63,809 bases of DNA, filler included, from Choristocarpus tenellus KU-1152 (GCA_964200185.2; 11 parts of 11 records of this genome joined end to end with filler, not necessarily neighbours in it); one strand, 5' to 3'; positions 37,243 through 52,078 are shown, numbered from the whole stretch's first letter. Made by a program: numbers and translations. The notes: generated by a model from the sequence alone, not told the origin.

Positions 37243-39189
37243 AAAACTGCCACACAAGAGATGTACACAATACTAGTTTGAGCCTTTGACTGGGCTTTTC
37301 ACCAGAAAAAAATCCGATTAGAAAAGAAGATGCTGACCTTGTTCTACCTGAAGAATGTGTGTGCCCTACAAAATCCAACATTTCAATTTCACTCTGTTTC
37401 ACATGGTAATACCCCACGTTCCTAAGCTTTTGTGGTATTAGATAAATTCGAACATCATTGTTGTGTTGTTACTCAGGGTAAGTTATTTAGTGAGCAAGTG
37501 CTACTGGCGAGTAGGACAAGTATTTCTTCGCGCGCTCTAAACAGATCGAGCAGTAAACGCGTGCGTGGAACCCCTAAACAAGGAACTCCGATTCGCTAAG
37601 AGTTGTAGAGTAAGATCTGCTACTTAAGAAGAAAATAGTTTTCAGATGTATTATGGTGTAAACTCGAAATGGATAATTGTCTGTGACTTCCACCGGCCAC
37701 TTTCTCTTAATCCATGTGTCGTACACTTACATTGAATGAAGTATACCTTCATCTACTGAACTGATATTCACCATCCTCGTTGGACCTTTTGACTGTCGAA
37801 GTATCTCAGGAGTATCTACAGGCCTGTGGATTGGAGCTATATATCCCGTGGAAGTCAGATTTGGAGCGTGCTGTAACACAAGTGCACTAATTCAAAACAA
37901 CACACCAATCCTCTCGCCCTTCAACAGCCCATATCAAGAGAGTTTCCTGAGCCTTACCACATTTATAAGAATTATACATGGCCAAATGAGGTTGAACTTG
38001 AATCACACCTTGGAGCTAAAACAGCTATGCGCTCGGACCATGTCATGCCCAACTATGTGTACCAAAGGTACAATACTAGTAGTACTTCCACATGGATGGG
38101 TGAACCATACGGTATGGAATTAATAAATACATTCACATACACAAGTCTTTGAGAAACAACAGCTTCTTAAACAGGTTCAATGTGTTAGAATTATAAAGTA
38201 CAGCGTAATGACCTCCTCTAGGTTTCAACTCTACTATATATCATTTGTGAGGTGAGACAGAGGAACAGAGATCATTACGCATACACAATAGATACCTGTA
38301 CCGAGTATTCATCTGAAGTACAGTATAGTTGAGACAGTAAGGAGACTGGACTCGAGTGTTTGGCCTGAATGTACTACTATACAGTGTGTTTGCTAAAGAA
38401 GTTGATGTTCCCAAGACTTACGTAAATAACTTGATTAATTCCTTAATGAGTTGAACAGGTTGTAGATGAAGTAAGGGAGGATGGAGGAGTGGGCTTTTAA
38501 GCCCAAAGTGGGGGGGTCCTTGCCACCAAATCAATCCCATTCTATTAATCAGTGATCCCTAATCACAGATTACTTGTTACAATGTTTCCTATTCCTAAAT
38601 TCTTCCATATTCTAGTTCTTTAACCCAAACATATCTTCTATCTTCATAACACGAACATGGTCTCTTCCATCCTTAGATTCTTTCTTACAGAACCTACAAA
38701 TATAAAAGCATGTTCTTGACAGGGACATCCTATCTATGCTTCAAAACTCCCCCCCTTGATTGGCATGGTGCGATAGTTTCATATCAGTTCTATCAATCAA
38801 TGCTGGCCATGAACCTACGTAAGAGGAAGAACACAAATCCTCTCACAACCAATGTACAATATAAGAAAAGAACTGACTAATGTTTGAGTTTTTTCACCAA
38901 CCTGGGGTAAACATACGTATACCTCCTTGGAAGTAGTAGTGCCAACTGTTGGGGCATAGGTATGTATTAAGTGCACTTCATCAGAATACAGGGTTATAAA
39001 ACTATAAATAACTGGGCTGCACCTGCTGTTGTCACTTCTTTAATTTGAAATGTTTGGAGGCTGTCTCCAAACTGTCCCCCTGCTCCTACACAATAAACTT
39101 GAGGCCGTAAGAATTGACGTATAATCTTTTATATAGTTCCCCCTATGACCCGTATCTATCTGACGTTGTTTCACCATGTGTTTGTATTC

Positions 39190-40170
39190 AGATGTGAAAA
39201 CAATATACCCTCCATCTTTTCTCTTCCTAATGTACTTCGTATGCGCACGGCTCAGGCCATAGGATCATCCATATACACCCTCCTCTCATCAGTACTCTGT
39301 CCGGAAGACTTGGCGGGAAATATAGACCAAAGCTCGGTAGGCTGGGGAGGAAGAACAACCCCTGTTCCTGTCCCAGGGATCCACACTTTTGCAATCCATG
39401 ATGCCAGGATCGCAAGGAAGGAGGGTACAACATGAGATCACCCGCCTCTTGAACAGGATCCATCTTGACTCTTTCCAGACGCAACTGGCCAAACTTCCGG
39501 ACGATGCAGAAGAACAAGGGACGGAAAGTCCCTCGCTAGGCTTGGCCAGCCACCTGAGCCAGTGTAGACAAGGGGCCAATGCATGGCCTCCACACAACCC
39601 GTGAAACTAGCATGCCAGATCCCTCCAGCAGAGTTTAGACTTACTGCCAGCAGATCTCTAGGGAGGGAGGAGATCCTATCCAACAGGTGCCCAGTGGCTG
39701 GGTGCAGGAAGTAAAATGTCAACATCTGACGTGCTTGTAACTGCTCTAACGTGGGAGGACAAGTGCGCCAGAACATGCCAATGGTGAAGAGCCTAGGTCA
39801 ACTCTGCAAGGGAATGGAGCATCCCTTGCACTATGGAGGACGGTAGCATATTCACAGTAGACAGGAACTTCCACATGGACTTGATCTTCCATCCTGTGGC
39901 ACTTGCAGATGTGTGAGGTAAAAACTCTCAAGAGCATCTCTGATAGCCCCCAACCGCCCATCCATCATGTCTGACGGTAAGGAATATTACAAGGACCCCT
40001 GTGCAATGTGCTAACTTCATGGTATTGCACTCCTCCACATGTAGTAGCAGAGTACAAAGACGACTGCTAGCACAACCCAATACACAGTGCACCATCAGGC
40101 ATGGTAACTGCTGTGCAGAGGAGAGCACGGCATTAGGCTGGATCAAAAGAGTCTGATGTTCTGCCATCCC
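39190..40170 (+). mobile_element. Degenerate non-LTR retrotransposon, C-terminal zinc knuckle and restriction-like endonuclease (RLE) region
   Basis: RVQHEITRLLN...QCRQGANAW, CPVAGC, HMDLIFHPVALAD with many stops; same family as 63670. Confidence 0.6.
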
Positions 40171-43097
40171 TCTTCGTCAATTTTACAAAAAACAGACAAT
40201 TAAAGACAGCATTTCAAGTCATAAATGCAAAATCCATTCCAATAAAGCACCACCAGACCACACTAGGGTGTTACAGTGTCAAAGAGAGCACATTCAACAA
40301 AGTCTTACTGTGCGGCGCTATAGATCTAATCTTTTGATCCAGGGCACAGTGCAGCATCTAATCTTTTGTGGGACTTGAAAAAAATAGTAAAGGGTTCAAA
40401 TCAAATACCTTAACTTTGTGAACAGGTGCAATGGTAACAGGTAAGAGTGCAGCAAGTACACTGCGCACTTAATGCTATTGCTTCCTCTAAAGAGCACAAT
40501 CCAATCATTGCAATATCTGTCCCCTATCACAACCCCCAGATACAGGGACGGGGGATGAGCTCTAGAGTACTAAAACCATTATCAGTAAGGTGAAAGACAT
40601 TACACAACCTTGAATCGCTAAGGGCTACTTCAACAAAATAAACTTGAAAAGGTCACTCCAAAATAGATACAACACAGAAATGTTGCCATCACGGACTTGA
40701 CCAACACCTGGACCCCCCCTCAGAACAAAACGGCATGAGATCACGGTCCCTATCTAGACCACACCGCCATCACACTTGTACTCAGCACTAGTCAAACTCT
40801 ACACATCACACGTTACATCACACGTTCTCAAACAATATGCTGTCCGCCTTCCTGGACACTGCTTCCATTTCCGTGACCATGGTGCCCATGACCATGTTGG
40901 TGTCCCGAAGGGTATGATCCATCAACTACCCCCCCATCATGCATCAGCAATGTCTCGTCCTCATTTTTCTTTGCCCTGGCCGCTGGGTCCTGGAAAAGAC
41001 ACACACAAGCATTCAGAGCACAAAAGGATCAGTGACGCGCTGACTCAAAGGAGGGTTCCATGGACTACCCATTTTCAAAAGGGGCAAAACTCTCTCATGT
41101 CATCCACCTCAATATCAACCAATGTCCCTTAGCAACAGTCACCAACAGTTACACATTCATACCATGGGGTCAACTGAGCAAGAAACAAAGCGGGCAAGGA
41201 AGCATGGTTGCTGGGTAGCGTCTTCTGGAGGTAAATGTGCCCACATGGAAGCACAATACCAAGCAGTCCTTTGACACACTGGTGCCCAACAGCCACAATG
41301 CTCACCAGGAACATCCTGGAGATTAAGTCAATCAAAACCTGATATTAAAAAAAAACTCCCCCTTCCATCGATCCTCACAAGGGGGGTTTGGGGAACTCTA
41401 CATTCCAACAGCACTTAACCCGACCTGCCCCTATAAACGTGCTAAAGCCCCTGCCCAGCCATGTCATATCATTCACCAGGCCTGCCACATCAGCAAAACA
41501 GACTAGTAAACGTCACTACTACTGCTCTTTTAGATTTGTACTCCCAGTGATTCAATCAACGAAATTACAACCTACACCAACACACTACACGAACAGTACA
41601 CATTATACTCTTAACTAAGATGTAAGCACAATATATATATATATATATATATTCCACAAAGTAGAACAATGACTGGGTGTGTGACCCCTATGAACTGACT
41701 CTCCATGCATAGAGATCAAAATATAGACTGCGCTTTTCACTCTTCACTTTCCACTCCTAACTGCTAATTGACTTGCTGCAGAACACACAGCATGTCTAAT
41801 GCCCCAGTTTCAAAGCATCACAAATCATACAACAATTCACATTGGTGTGGAAACACCCAGCCCAGTCTGACTAAGCCGAGACACATCCTGGTCCTGTCAC
41901 ACCTACCCAGTCGAGATCAAGGGCCTCAAAATTAACAGTGGAGAATGTCAAAGCAAGCAACATGGAAACAGCACTTCCACCCCCCAAGATTATGCCTTTG
42001 AACTATATGTCAACTTTGTTACTCAAGGTTGTACATAACACCAACATTGGGGACACCATGAGTCATGTTGCAGAGAGACTATTTTACCTGTGATGTAGAA
42101 AGACCCAAAGCAATTTCTACTTACTCCCAAACTCAACCTCCAATCGTACTAACTCCGAACAAACTTTCTAAACAAATTGAAAAATAGAAGCTACATCAAG
42201 CACTGAACATTCCAAACCTCAACACCAAAACCGCCATCCCCAACGTACAGAACCCATCACACCCTCATCTCACCATCTTCTACAAGTACAGCATGCATAC
42301 ACACATCCATGCTATCAATAATACCGACTCCCAACACAATTATGCCAAAACACCAGCAATCTGTACCTCAATATCAACATAGCAAGCACACACGCACAAA
42401 CACAAAACACACCAACACCAAAAAACGCCTCTCCCTATCGCAAAAAAAGCTAGCAAATATAAATTAATTTTAAAACAGCAGTACAAATCCCCAAAACAGC
42501 ATCCCAACCATTCCGTCCTCCACATTCCCAATCCCCTTCCTCGCCCCTTCCCCCACCTGCACTGGCAACCGCCCATAGTGCCCCAGGGAGGGCTCCCTAT
42601 CGCTCACAGATTGTCCAGGTGTGCCACAGAAAAATTTGAAGCAGTTAAGCACGTAGCGGACAAATAACAGTTGGTTCTGTATGGACCTGTCCACCCACCG
42701 ACGACCCTTAATGGATTCATAGGTGGTAGTGTTCACCATAATCATTCGCAGGTGCGTGATGAGTAGTATGCTTATCCAGAGATCATGGTACGCCTGTTAG
42801 GTGATCGGGTTGGAGAGGAAGAGGTCAAGGAAGGGGCCGCAGAGTGCCCAATTTAAGACTAGCTGGTAGGTCCTGGTCCTTACAAAAAAATAAAAAATCT
42901 TCATGTGCTGGGTGGAGGTTAGATCCCCCCCTCCCGTGTCGGTTTAGGTCCCCCAATGAGGAGGAAAAGGGGGGGTCACAGGATACGCAAATATATTNNN
43001 NNNNNNNNNNNNNNNNNNNNNNNNNNNNNNNNNNNNNNNNNTTAATTAATTAANNNNNNNNNNNNNNNNNNNNNNNNNNNNNNNNNNNNNNNNNNNN

Positions 43098-43330
43098 CTT
43101 CAGAATACCTCATTTGACTTGGTATGGATTGTCGAGTTCAGAGGCCTGGGCCCCCATGAGTGAGCCTTAGCCAGCAGGTGACAACATCTCATAAACGGGA
43201 AATAATGGAGAGAGAATGGAGAGACAACAACGCCCGTGTTCTCTGGGTGAAGATGGCCTCTTCTGGCTTCAAAATCGTCCTTGAATGCGCGGTTCGCGCG
43301 CGCGAACTACTTGATCGAAGTACGACCCTG
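43098..43330 (+). mobile_element. 3' end of the IS630/Tc1-mariner element, with probable right TIR and TA
   Basis: 43098-43284 is a diverged copy of 3136-3322; it ends ...GATCGAAGTACGACCCTG|TA (CAG terminus plus TA). Confidence 0.7.
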
Positions 43331-43487
43331 TATTTCTCACGATTAGTGCGAGTTGGCCGACTGAGACCCATCGAATAAGGCTAAGCATGATTATGCGATT
43401 ACAGCAAACGAGTTTTCATGAAAAATGTCGTTGTTGATCAAAAGTTATGGCATGACAAAGTTGCTACAGGAGGCGACTGTCAACACT

Positions 43488-43577
43488 GTAGGAAAATGTC
43501 ATAAAAAATAACGTGGGAAGCCAAGCCCCAAACGGACAGAGAGGGCTAAACTCGTACCCTCTAAGATACCTTCACTC
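43488..43577 (+). mobile_element. MITE family A, right-hand fragment
   Basis: GTAGGAAAATGTCATAAAAAA...GGGAAGCCAAGCCCCAAACGGAC...TACCCTCTAAGATACCTTCACTC. Confidence 0.85.
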
Positions 43578-46106
43578 GGAGTTGTAATGGGAAGGTTGGA
43601 GTGTCTGGAGTGTGTTGCGGCTAAGGTGTAAGGGGACCACAACAAATGGCGACCCAGACGGCTAGTCCAGACATAGGAGCGAGACTTGGATCCACATTCT
43701 TATTGTAGGATCAATGTCATTAAACTCACACGCAACTGTTGCAGGCTCCCAGTGAGCCCCTACTTGTGTCAATGTGGAACTTAACAGGATGAGGCCTCAG
43801 TCAAGAATAATAGGAACCAGGTTCGTAGCAGTAGGTTTTATATTTGAGAACTATCCCAAATTTCAGATAGTTGATGTGATTGACAGGCACATTATTATGA
43901 TTGCAACTGCCACGAACAATAATACAGAGGATAATAATGACATGTGCGGTCTGCCACTGTAGCCTCATGGTGTCTGTAACACAATCTGTAGAAGGAGATG
44001 GGTCTTGAGGGAGTATGTGGGATTGTTGACATCAGTGCGTTTACAAAGGAAAGTAAACTACCGGAGTTGCCTACCTTTATCCTCATCAAAACATTTTGGC
44101 TGAGAAGAACCGCCTATTACTACCCCAAGAAACACCCAAGATCTGTTCCAACTCCTCTCATGGAGGCTTTGGTGTGTGCCCTTTGGATTGAGAAGCCAAT
44201 CGCATACTATGCCAGCTCCCTCCATTCCACTTGTGTTAGGCAATCATCATGTACAAGGCCCACGGCCTGATTGTACCAAATAAGGTCATGCTAAACCTCT
44301 GGCCATTGGTGAGGAAAACAGGGGATCACATTTTTTTTGTCTCAGTCAGGCAAAGTATCACTCATCAGAGACTCAATGGCGTATGCTATGCCACTTGATT
44401 GACTGGTCAAGATTGGAGAAATTCCGATGGTTAAGAAATCATGGGAAGATTAAGGGGGAATGATAGAGTAGGTAAATGCCAAGCGCACCTATTGGTTCAA
44501 CATGACACATGGGCTATTCTGTTGATGGTGATGTAGAACGATAAAATGTTACTTTCCGTGTCATTATCTTCTATCCCTTAGTATTGTTAACACAACCCAA
44601 AGACAAGGATTAGAAGGAGGAAAAACTCCGCCACCTAGTGGCCACCTTCCTGGAATGGCACCAGGAGAAAAAAGGGGTGACTGCGCAAGAGAAGCAGAGT
44701 GCTGTATCTTGCTGTCTGTCTGCGTGGTAAGTAGATTGCTAAGTAGCTAGTAAATGACTTGGAGGTGTCTGTGTACAGGGTGCGTGTGTACCTGGCTGTT
44801 AACTATAGATACAATCAATAAACGATACTTCAAAACATACAAAATCTCACACATCGCCAACAAACAACACAAACACCAATTAGTCAACCCAGGCATGCCA
44901 CTATTCTTCGCATTCTAGTCTCAAGCCTATCTCGTACACTATGAACTACTGGAAGTACTACTATAAATATGAATATAATTCAACTACTGCACACTGCCAG
45001 TACGGATGCTAGAAGGCTGGAACACAGAGTCATAGGTGGTAAGCGATACACCTGCAGCTAGAGTAGAATAATAGATAATATGGAAAAAATAGAATGTAGT
45101 GCCATACCTGGTCCGTTCAATCCAACCATCAATCATCACATTTTACACAATGGAAACGAGGACCACAAGAACAGTTGAACCAGAGAAAAAGGGAAGGATG
45201 GCATTCAGCAGGCAGTTATAAGTATACACATTTCTCCTGATGTCCTTGGTCCGGTGCACCTGCGGCTTTAGCATGATGTACATAAGTTATTTCAGCTTCT
45301 CTGACATACCACATGTCCATGAAGCTCTTTATCCTACAATAAAGAACGTACACACACTCGTACTACCTGCATTGATTTGTCGCTCTTGTACTCTATCCCT
45401 CAACTCCAATCCTAACTTTCTCAAGATCGACTTGCAGGCATATCCACCAGTTTCTCTCCTATCCATCTTACGTCCAATTTCCACTTGCATTTTTTCCCAC
45501 CTCAACGCCTTCTGGTGTTCCTCATCCCCCATATGTTCAGCTAACCCTGCGAAGAAGAGCCTTCCTTGATCACAGCTGACTCAATGTCACAGTCTCTACA
45601 AAACCATATTTTTAATATCAGTGCTGGATCAGTGTATGCAACAATGAGAGCAGAGCTTCACATATTGCCATCCTATCTTTGGAGGGGGTTATTTAGATTT
45701 TTTTTAATATTTAGGGCTTGTTTTCTTCCTTTCTCACAACCGTTCCTATACGTGAATCCAAACAATGCTCATTTGAATGCTGTGGCTGTAGAAGAGAGGA
45801 AAATTTGTCCATATAAGTGCAAAATCGCCCTCCAGAGTGTGCTAGAACCACATGCATCAGAAGACACTCCCAGGGATTATAAATATTCAACACCCCCCCC
45901 TAACATAAGGTGGATCACAGTGGACCTGGCAGAGTGTTCATGTGACACAACTATATGAACAGAACCTCAACTACTTTAGCCTGGAGCATCTTTGACTCAT
46001 GTGATACACCTGTGCATCATCAGACACACCCCATTTACTTATACCTGTAATCCAAGTACATTATCAAACATCATTGATGGGATAACTGGCCCAGGAAACT
46101 ATATAT

Positions 46107-46352
46107 ATTTCCTCTGTTCAACATCAGTTCGAACAGTTCAGGGGCAGGCTTCAAGTACACAAGATGGTATCAGGTTTTCTTTATATTTCTGGGGTCTTGA
46201 AAAAACCCATCATGGGGTCACCCAAAAATCTCTTCAAAATCCAAATCAGCGTACCTATTCTACGCCAAACTCCGCAGCAAGAAATGCTTTCCTGATGCGG
46301 TAATTTTCTTCACCCATGCAAACTCTTCGAACTGATGCTGAATAGAGGAAAT
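46107..46352. mobile_element. MITE-like element with ~32-bp inverted repeats
   Basis: ATTTCCTCTGTTCAACATCAGTTCGAACAGTT versus AACTCTTCGAACTGATGCTGAATAGAGGAAAT. Confidence 0.55.
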
Positions 46353-48587
46353 GCTTGATTTTTTTGTGATCTGAAATCTAGCAAAACCATGACCTGTGAT
46401 ACCTTCATTAGTTTAGAATTTCCAGTTGGTCATTTAGGGGGTCGAAGTTTTATGCATCTCATAGATATATATACATTGAAGTTGAGCTAGGTCAAGTGAA
46501 GACCTAGACCCCCCATTCACAGTCAACCCTAGACTCTTCCCTCCTGGCGCTGGTGGAGCACTGCTGGAGGAGCTTCTCCTCCTCTTTCCTCCCAGGCTCA
46601 GCCCACATAACCCCGCTGTGCATTTCCTCATGGTGCTGCTGGAGCAGAGGACCTACTACCCAGCGGAGATTCCCCTCCCCTTCCCTCCCCCGACACACCC
46701 CGCCCCAGTTACCCATGCACAACTCGTTGCGTGTGACAAGCCTGTAGTACTCGATCCTGGTAAGTCCGCAGTAGCCCCTTACTGTTTTTGCAAGGAAGGT
46801 ACAGGAGGCATAATCATCAGTACCATCACCCAACGGAGTTGTCATAACATCTCTGTCTGAGCCTGTGTAATTCTGTAGACAGGTGAAATGTTGTAGACAA
46901 AACATAAATAAGCATTTGCCAAGTAAGTCATAGGGACCAAGCACACAAGAGGATGTTATTCGAAGGTGATACAAAGGACAGAAGCGAAGAGGAATTCGTT
47001 CCGCATACATTCATCTGAGGCAGAGTCACACCCACAACTTGGTCTTTCTGGTTGCGTTGAATGGGATGTGGACGCTCCAGGTCCCATCATCATTTTTTTC
47101 CACACTTTAGAAGGAGTGAAGAAGGAAATCTCTTACAACCATGTGCCAACATGGACAAGGAATTACACGCTCACGTTGTCCATCTCGAGCGGCAGGAAGT
47201 AGTTTGCAAAAGTATTTCTGGTGGGAATGATTGTTTAGTATTTTTTCATCCACTCAGACCTGGAGACAGGGTCTGATGGGACTGAAAAAAATGAGTGCGA
47301 ACAGTATGGCAAATGCACCAAACTGGTAACCAGGATCTGTCGCTAAAAGTACGATGTACGAATCAAGTCAACTGAGGGGGATAATCATGTGTATAATGTT
47401 ATACAGTCAGGGGTGATAATGATCCTCTCATGGTGATAATGATCCTCACACCCATCAATTTGTGAGCTTCTAGAAATTTCGAGAGATATTGTTTAGAGAT
47501 TTAGATTAAGTTGTGTTAGTCATGCTTGAGGGATATCGACGAGGAAAGACCGACAAACAGATATATATATATATATATATAATAGAGATCAATTGATCAT
47601 CACAATTTTTTTTGTAAGAATAGTCAAACCTCTAGAATGATCAATAATATAAATTCCAAGTGATGAAATTAGAGCCAAATATCTTGTTTAAGGAAGATCT
47701 ATATCTTCCTCCACTTAGATTGTAGAATTTATGTACAACAAGTAGTGACGTACAAGAATATAGTTATAGTACTTCGATTTATTAAATACCACGTTTGTGA
47801 TGTAGATTTTATCCCACCTTCACCTTCCCTAAACTACTACTGTATTCCAACCACTTAAAAAAATTATTTTTTTATGGAATGGTTCACCCAAAACATAGTA
47901 ACCTATTCTATATTGGGAAGGGTCTAAAACTCCAATGCGTCTAAATTACTGGTTCAGAATTCCTGTTGGGCACTTATTTACAACGTCGAAGTTATCCCCA
48001 CATACCCCACAATGAAAGAAGTGGTGATATAACACACGATGCCAATGTAATATGTACAGCCAGTAGGTTGAGCTACGTCCTCTCCTTAAGCAGAGACTTA
48101 GACCTCTTCTCCTCTTAGTACATCCCTCCTTTGACCCTTTCCTCCTGCTGGTGCTCCACTGGACCACTCGTTGTTGTTATGGGTACTATGTGGTGTAGCT
48201 TTTCGCTCCTCTTTACCCCCTCATCAAACCCCTCCTCCCGGTTTGTCAGAGCATTCCTCCCCACTGCTCATTATTTCCTCATGGCAGTGTTGTAGCACAT
48301 TGAGTGGCAGGCTACTAACTGGTGGAACCCCCCCCTTCCTCTTCCCCATTCAGCACGCCCTCCCCACTGTAACCCACAGGCAGCTCTGTGCATGTGAGAT
48401 CCCTACGACATCCTATCCAGGTCATGGAAGGTCGTTTGTAGCTCGTTCTTCCGACGGATGTGGCAAGTGAGACAAAAAATGAGAAGATGCGATATACCCA
48501 TCAAGGCTATCACTCAAGAGGATTGTTGGAACACGTTTGTCCAAATTAATGGATTTCTGGGTGAAATGCTGTAGATTCACGTACACA

Positions 48588-48590
<3 letters not shown>

Positions 48591-48634
<44 letters not shown>
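48591..48634. repeat. (AC)n microsatellite
   Basis: Uninterrupted AC run. Confidence 0.95.
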
Positions 48635-48638
<4 letters not shown>

Positions 48639-49470
48639 TGCAGGGACAGTGCACACACACTCGTCAACGAAAAGGATTGTTGAACAGGGAACACACGTAG
48701 GAGGAGAAAAAGGAAAGTATCTTTGTTTGCCACGTACACATACATACATGTTCATCTGAGGCACACAGGCATATTATGATATGAACACACAGCAGCAAAA
48801 ATGAATCCAACGCGCAGATTGCACTCCTCTTGGTTGGTTGGAGTGTGGATCCTGTAGTCCCCAATAATATTTTCCACTCGTCAAAAGGTACAAAGAAGGG
48901 TAGCCACCCATGCACCAGCAACATAGTAATAGAGAACATGGAACGACACCCTAACATTTTCCGTTTTGAGTGGCAGGAAGTAGGTAGGTTGTTAAAAAGC
49001 ACAGCAGAGTAGTTCTGGTCGGGACAATAATAGTCAATGTATCTATGAATTCCTTTCTCTCACAGCTTGAGAGTGTCATTATCATTGCAATGTGGGAATA
49101 ATTAGTGCGAACAGAGTGTCAAACATTGATAGACTCTTAAGAAATTTTGATTGCATAGGGTTTTGTGCAAAGGAAGCCAACTATTATTGCCACGGGATGC
49201 TCAGGGGCCAAAGTATCTGTGGGGGGGGTGCCGGCGTCCGTTTTTTACCCGAGGTACCCAATGCTTTTTGTTAGGCTTCTGGGAATTTGAAGATTTATGC
49301 AATATTAGTAGCCGTACACAATTCAGGATGCATCAGAGATTACAACCTGCACACACAGTACCCATGAACAGGGATTCTTGGGGACCCCTACTAGTAGAGT
49401 CGTATGAACAATACCTGTCTCTGTAGAAAACGTGCGTAATAAGTGCAAACAGTACTCCCTTCTCACCTTA

Positions 49471-49732
49471 GAGCCAAACTAATCGAGAGGTAGGTAGGTT
49501 TGGACCCTTTTTCATTCTAAGCCAGCTTTCTTACCTTTTGCAATTACACTCTATTTCATTGCTTGATATGCATAATAGTGTATGCAAAATGATGATACCC
49601 CCCCTTTCCGCACAGAAAGTGACACCACAACTAAGCAAAAGTTATTTCTACGAATGTACAAACTGACATACCTTTGCCTTCTTTTCAGATCCTCAAAATG
49701 CAACCCTGCCTACCTCTCAATTGGTATGGCTC
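49471..49732 (+). mobile_element. MITE family C, complete copy, TSD TTA
   Basis: TIRs GAGCCAAACTAATCGAGAGGTAGGTAGG / CCTGCCTACCTCTCAATTGGTATGGCTC; TTA on both flanks. Confidence 0.88.
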
Positions 49733-51553
49733 TTATCTATGTTATGATTGTGATGATTAAGGTGCTACCATCTGCTCATAATTAAGAAATGAAGATGGAA
49801 ATGGGTAACCCACCAAAGAGATGTGGGTACTGCATCTCAATGCATCCATGGGATCACAAAAAAAAAACACAGACCAATATAAACAATGCTCCTCCTCCTC
49901 CTCTGCTTCCGCGTTGTTAGTCATTTTGCTTCTTCAATCCTTGGGGAGTATAATCAGTTCAACCATAGTACATAGGTGATAATTACCTTCCCTCGTTGTT
50001 TTGAAGGCAATAGGTATATGGAGTGAGGGAGTGAATAGCAAAATGACATTGGTACAAATGTGATTTCGAATCAGATTCCGATGGTGAGTTACACAATAAC
50101 TTCTGGCGGAATGTATCTTTTGAGTGGGAATCCGAATTTGAAATGATTGGTCAGGGTTACAGATTTACAACAGTGTGATCAAGTACTTGATTAAGCAAAG
50201 TTGAAATTGTGGTTGAATAATCTGGATGAATACTACCTTGTGGTTAGCCATTCTTGTATGTGCTGCTGAGGTGGACGGGTCGCTGATGAACTTGATTTCC
50301 TTAGGTAGTTGTGTAGAATTTACATCTATATCTTCATTTGAGTAAGCGTTTTCAATGCCAAAACTTTATCTCTCACTTCAACTAACTGTAACGTTGGACA
50401 TCATTACATCGATTTTCTACACATTAATACTACTATTATTATATATTGTGTTTAGTGAGATGTTACATCGATTGTAATGTAGTATTTATTAAGCTACACT
50501 ATTAATACATTTAGTGGTGGTGATTGAAGACAACATCAACGATCAATTCAGACTGGGAAATAACGCAAACGACTCTCCTTTTTCCACGGACCTCCAAAAA
50601 TTATGCCGCTTGTTCTTTCTACTAATCAGTCCCAATACCTGTCAGAAAATATCTCCAACAATAGAATCATCAGATTCACAAAAGATACTCCTATGTTTCT
50701 TTTGAATGGAATGTCCAGATTTTCAATTCTCAATTCTTTGGTATTTAGAACCAACAATTGATCGATGGTGCGCTGTCGACTTAAAGAACCCTATCACGAA
50801 TATATAAATGAAAAACCAATATTATTACCTACTTCCTCAATCCATGACATGTTCCAGATGGTTATGAAGGCGAATTCCAGCCATAGATAAACCGTACGTT
50901 CCAACAAACGAACCATAGAAAAAGAATAAACAACAATATGTGCGGTCGGTGTGCGGACGAGGCTTCAACTTGTGGGCCACCAAAGGCATAATTGGACAGA
51001 TCACATCCTGAGAGCGGGAGAGTATTCTATTGGCTTTGGGCATATTGTGAGGCACAGTTGCATATACCTTTTTGGTTTCTGGAATCTAGTGCACGGTGTA
51101 GCTTCCCTAGATTAGTACTCTGCACCAGTGTGTTGTACTTTCTTTGGGGGGTCGCACCTGAGCCCTCTTGCCGAAACCCGATCACAATAAGGACGACCTA
51201 CCTTATTCCAAGGATGGTGAGCGAATCTGTAAGGAAATGGGGGATGGGACTTTCAAGGAATTGTACGCGTGCGGTAGGAGTGTGCTATTCCTTCCTGAGA
51301 TTATTTGCGTAGTGCTTGTATTGGTCTTGTGTCTAGGACCCCCACCATTTTCACCTTCAACCCCTGAAACTTACTCATCATCATCCACCCTCATGGCCCA
51401 CCCTTTTATACGCAGCCGTGTTTCGGAGGTCTGAGTCGGAGAGGAAATCGCTTCCCCCTATTTGGTGCAAAAAACCACCACCGAAAAAAAGCCTTCCGAG
51501 ATATCTGTCCTGAAGCCAAGAGTGACACAATTGCCTCCTCTCCACCGGACGCC

Positions 51554-52078
51554 ATGCCGTCTCAATACCGTGTTGAGGTGACTACCGAAGACGAGGAAGA
51601 ATGGGCTCTTGACTCCGGAGATGAGCTGAGTGGCTTGACCTGGGCGTCATTGACGTTCAATGGAGGTAACGGGGCTAGCAATGATCGTTGCCGAGAATTG
51701 TCCGCTCTATCGGAACCCATCGCAATTCCTCGTGGACCATTACGTGGTCGGTCTGGGGATGACTTCGTTGGCGCCTCAAGTGATGGCTGGCCCTCCTTCA
51801 TGGTAGGATCCTACCGAAGCCGGGATGGGTCATGTGATCTAAGGGGAGAAATTGCGGCTGATGGCTGCCCAAACTTCCTCGCCCGTTGGGAAACTTCTAT
51901 ACAGGAATTCCATGCTGCCAAAGCAAAGGCCTCCATGACAAGAACTGAGGGAGAGAATGCGCCAAAAAGTGTGGGTAATATCTCGACGGCACCTGCGACG
52001 CCCTTGTCCTCATGGGAGGACAAGGAATCCGGTTGTCATAGTGGAGAGGAGGTGTTCGAGATGGATATGGAAATGTGA
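51554..52078 (+). CDS. Intronless 174-aa acidic, probably disordered protein with SEPIAIP motif and C-terminal TOS-like motif FEMDM
   Basis: ATG in good context (GCCATG); intact frame; CpG-rich relative to its surroundings; ends EEVFEMDMEM*. Confidence 0.75.
   Translation: MPSQYRVEVTTEDEEEWALDSGDELSGLTWASLTFNGGNGASNDRCRELSALSEPIAIPRGPLRGRSGDDFVGASSDGWPSFMVGSYRSRDGSCDLRGEIAADGCPNFLARWETSIQEFHAAKAKASMTRTEGENAPKSVGNISTAPATPLSSWEDKESGCHSGEEVFEMDMEM

Noticed and set aside
43700-47300. Scattered coding-like remnants (also 11.5-13.3, 17.6-18.0, 50.9-51.4, 53.2-55.5 and 61.4-62.6 kb)
   Set aside because: Probably decayed TE or gene sequence, but no diagnostic motif could be recognised by eye; a translated profile search is needed.
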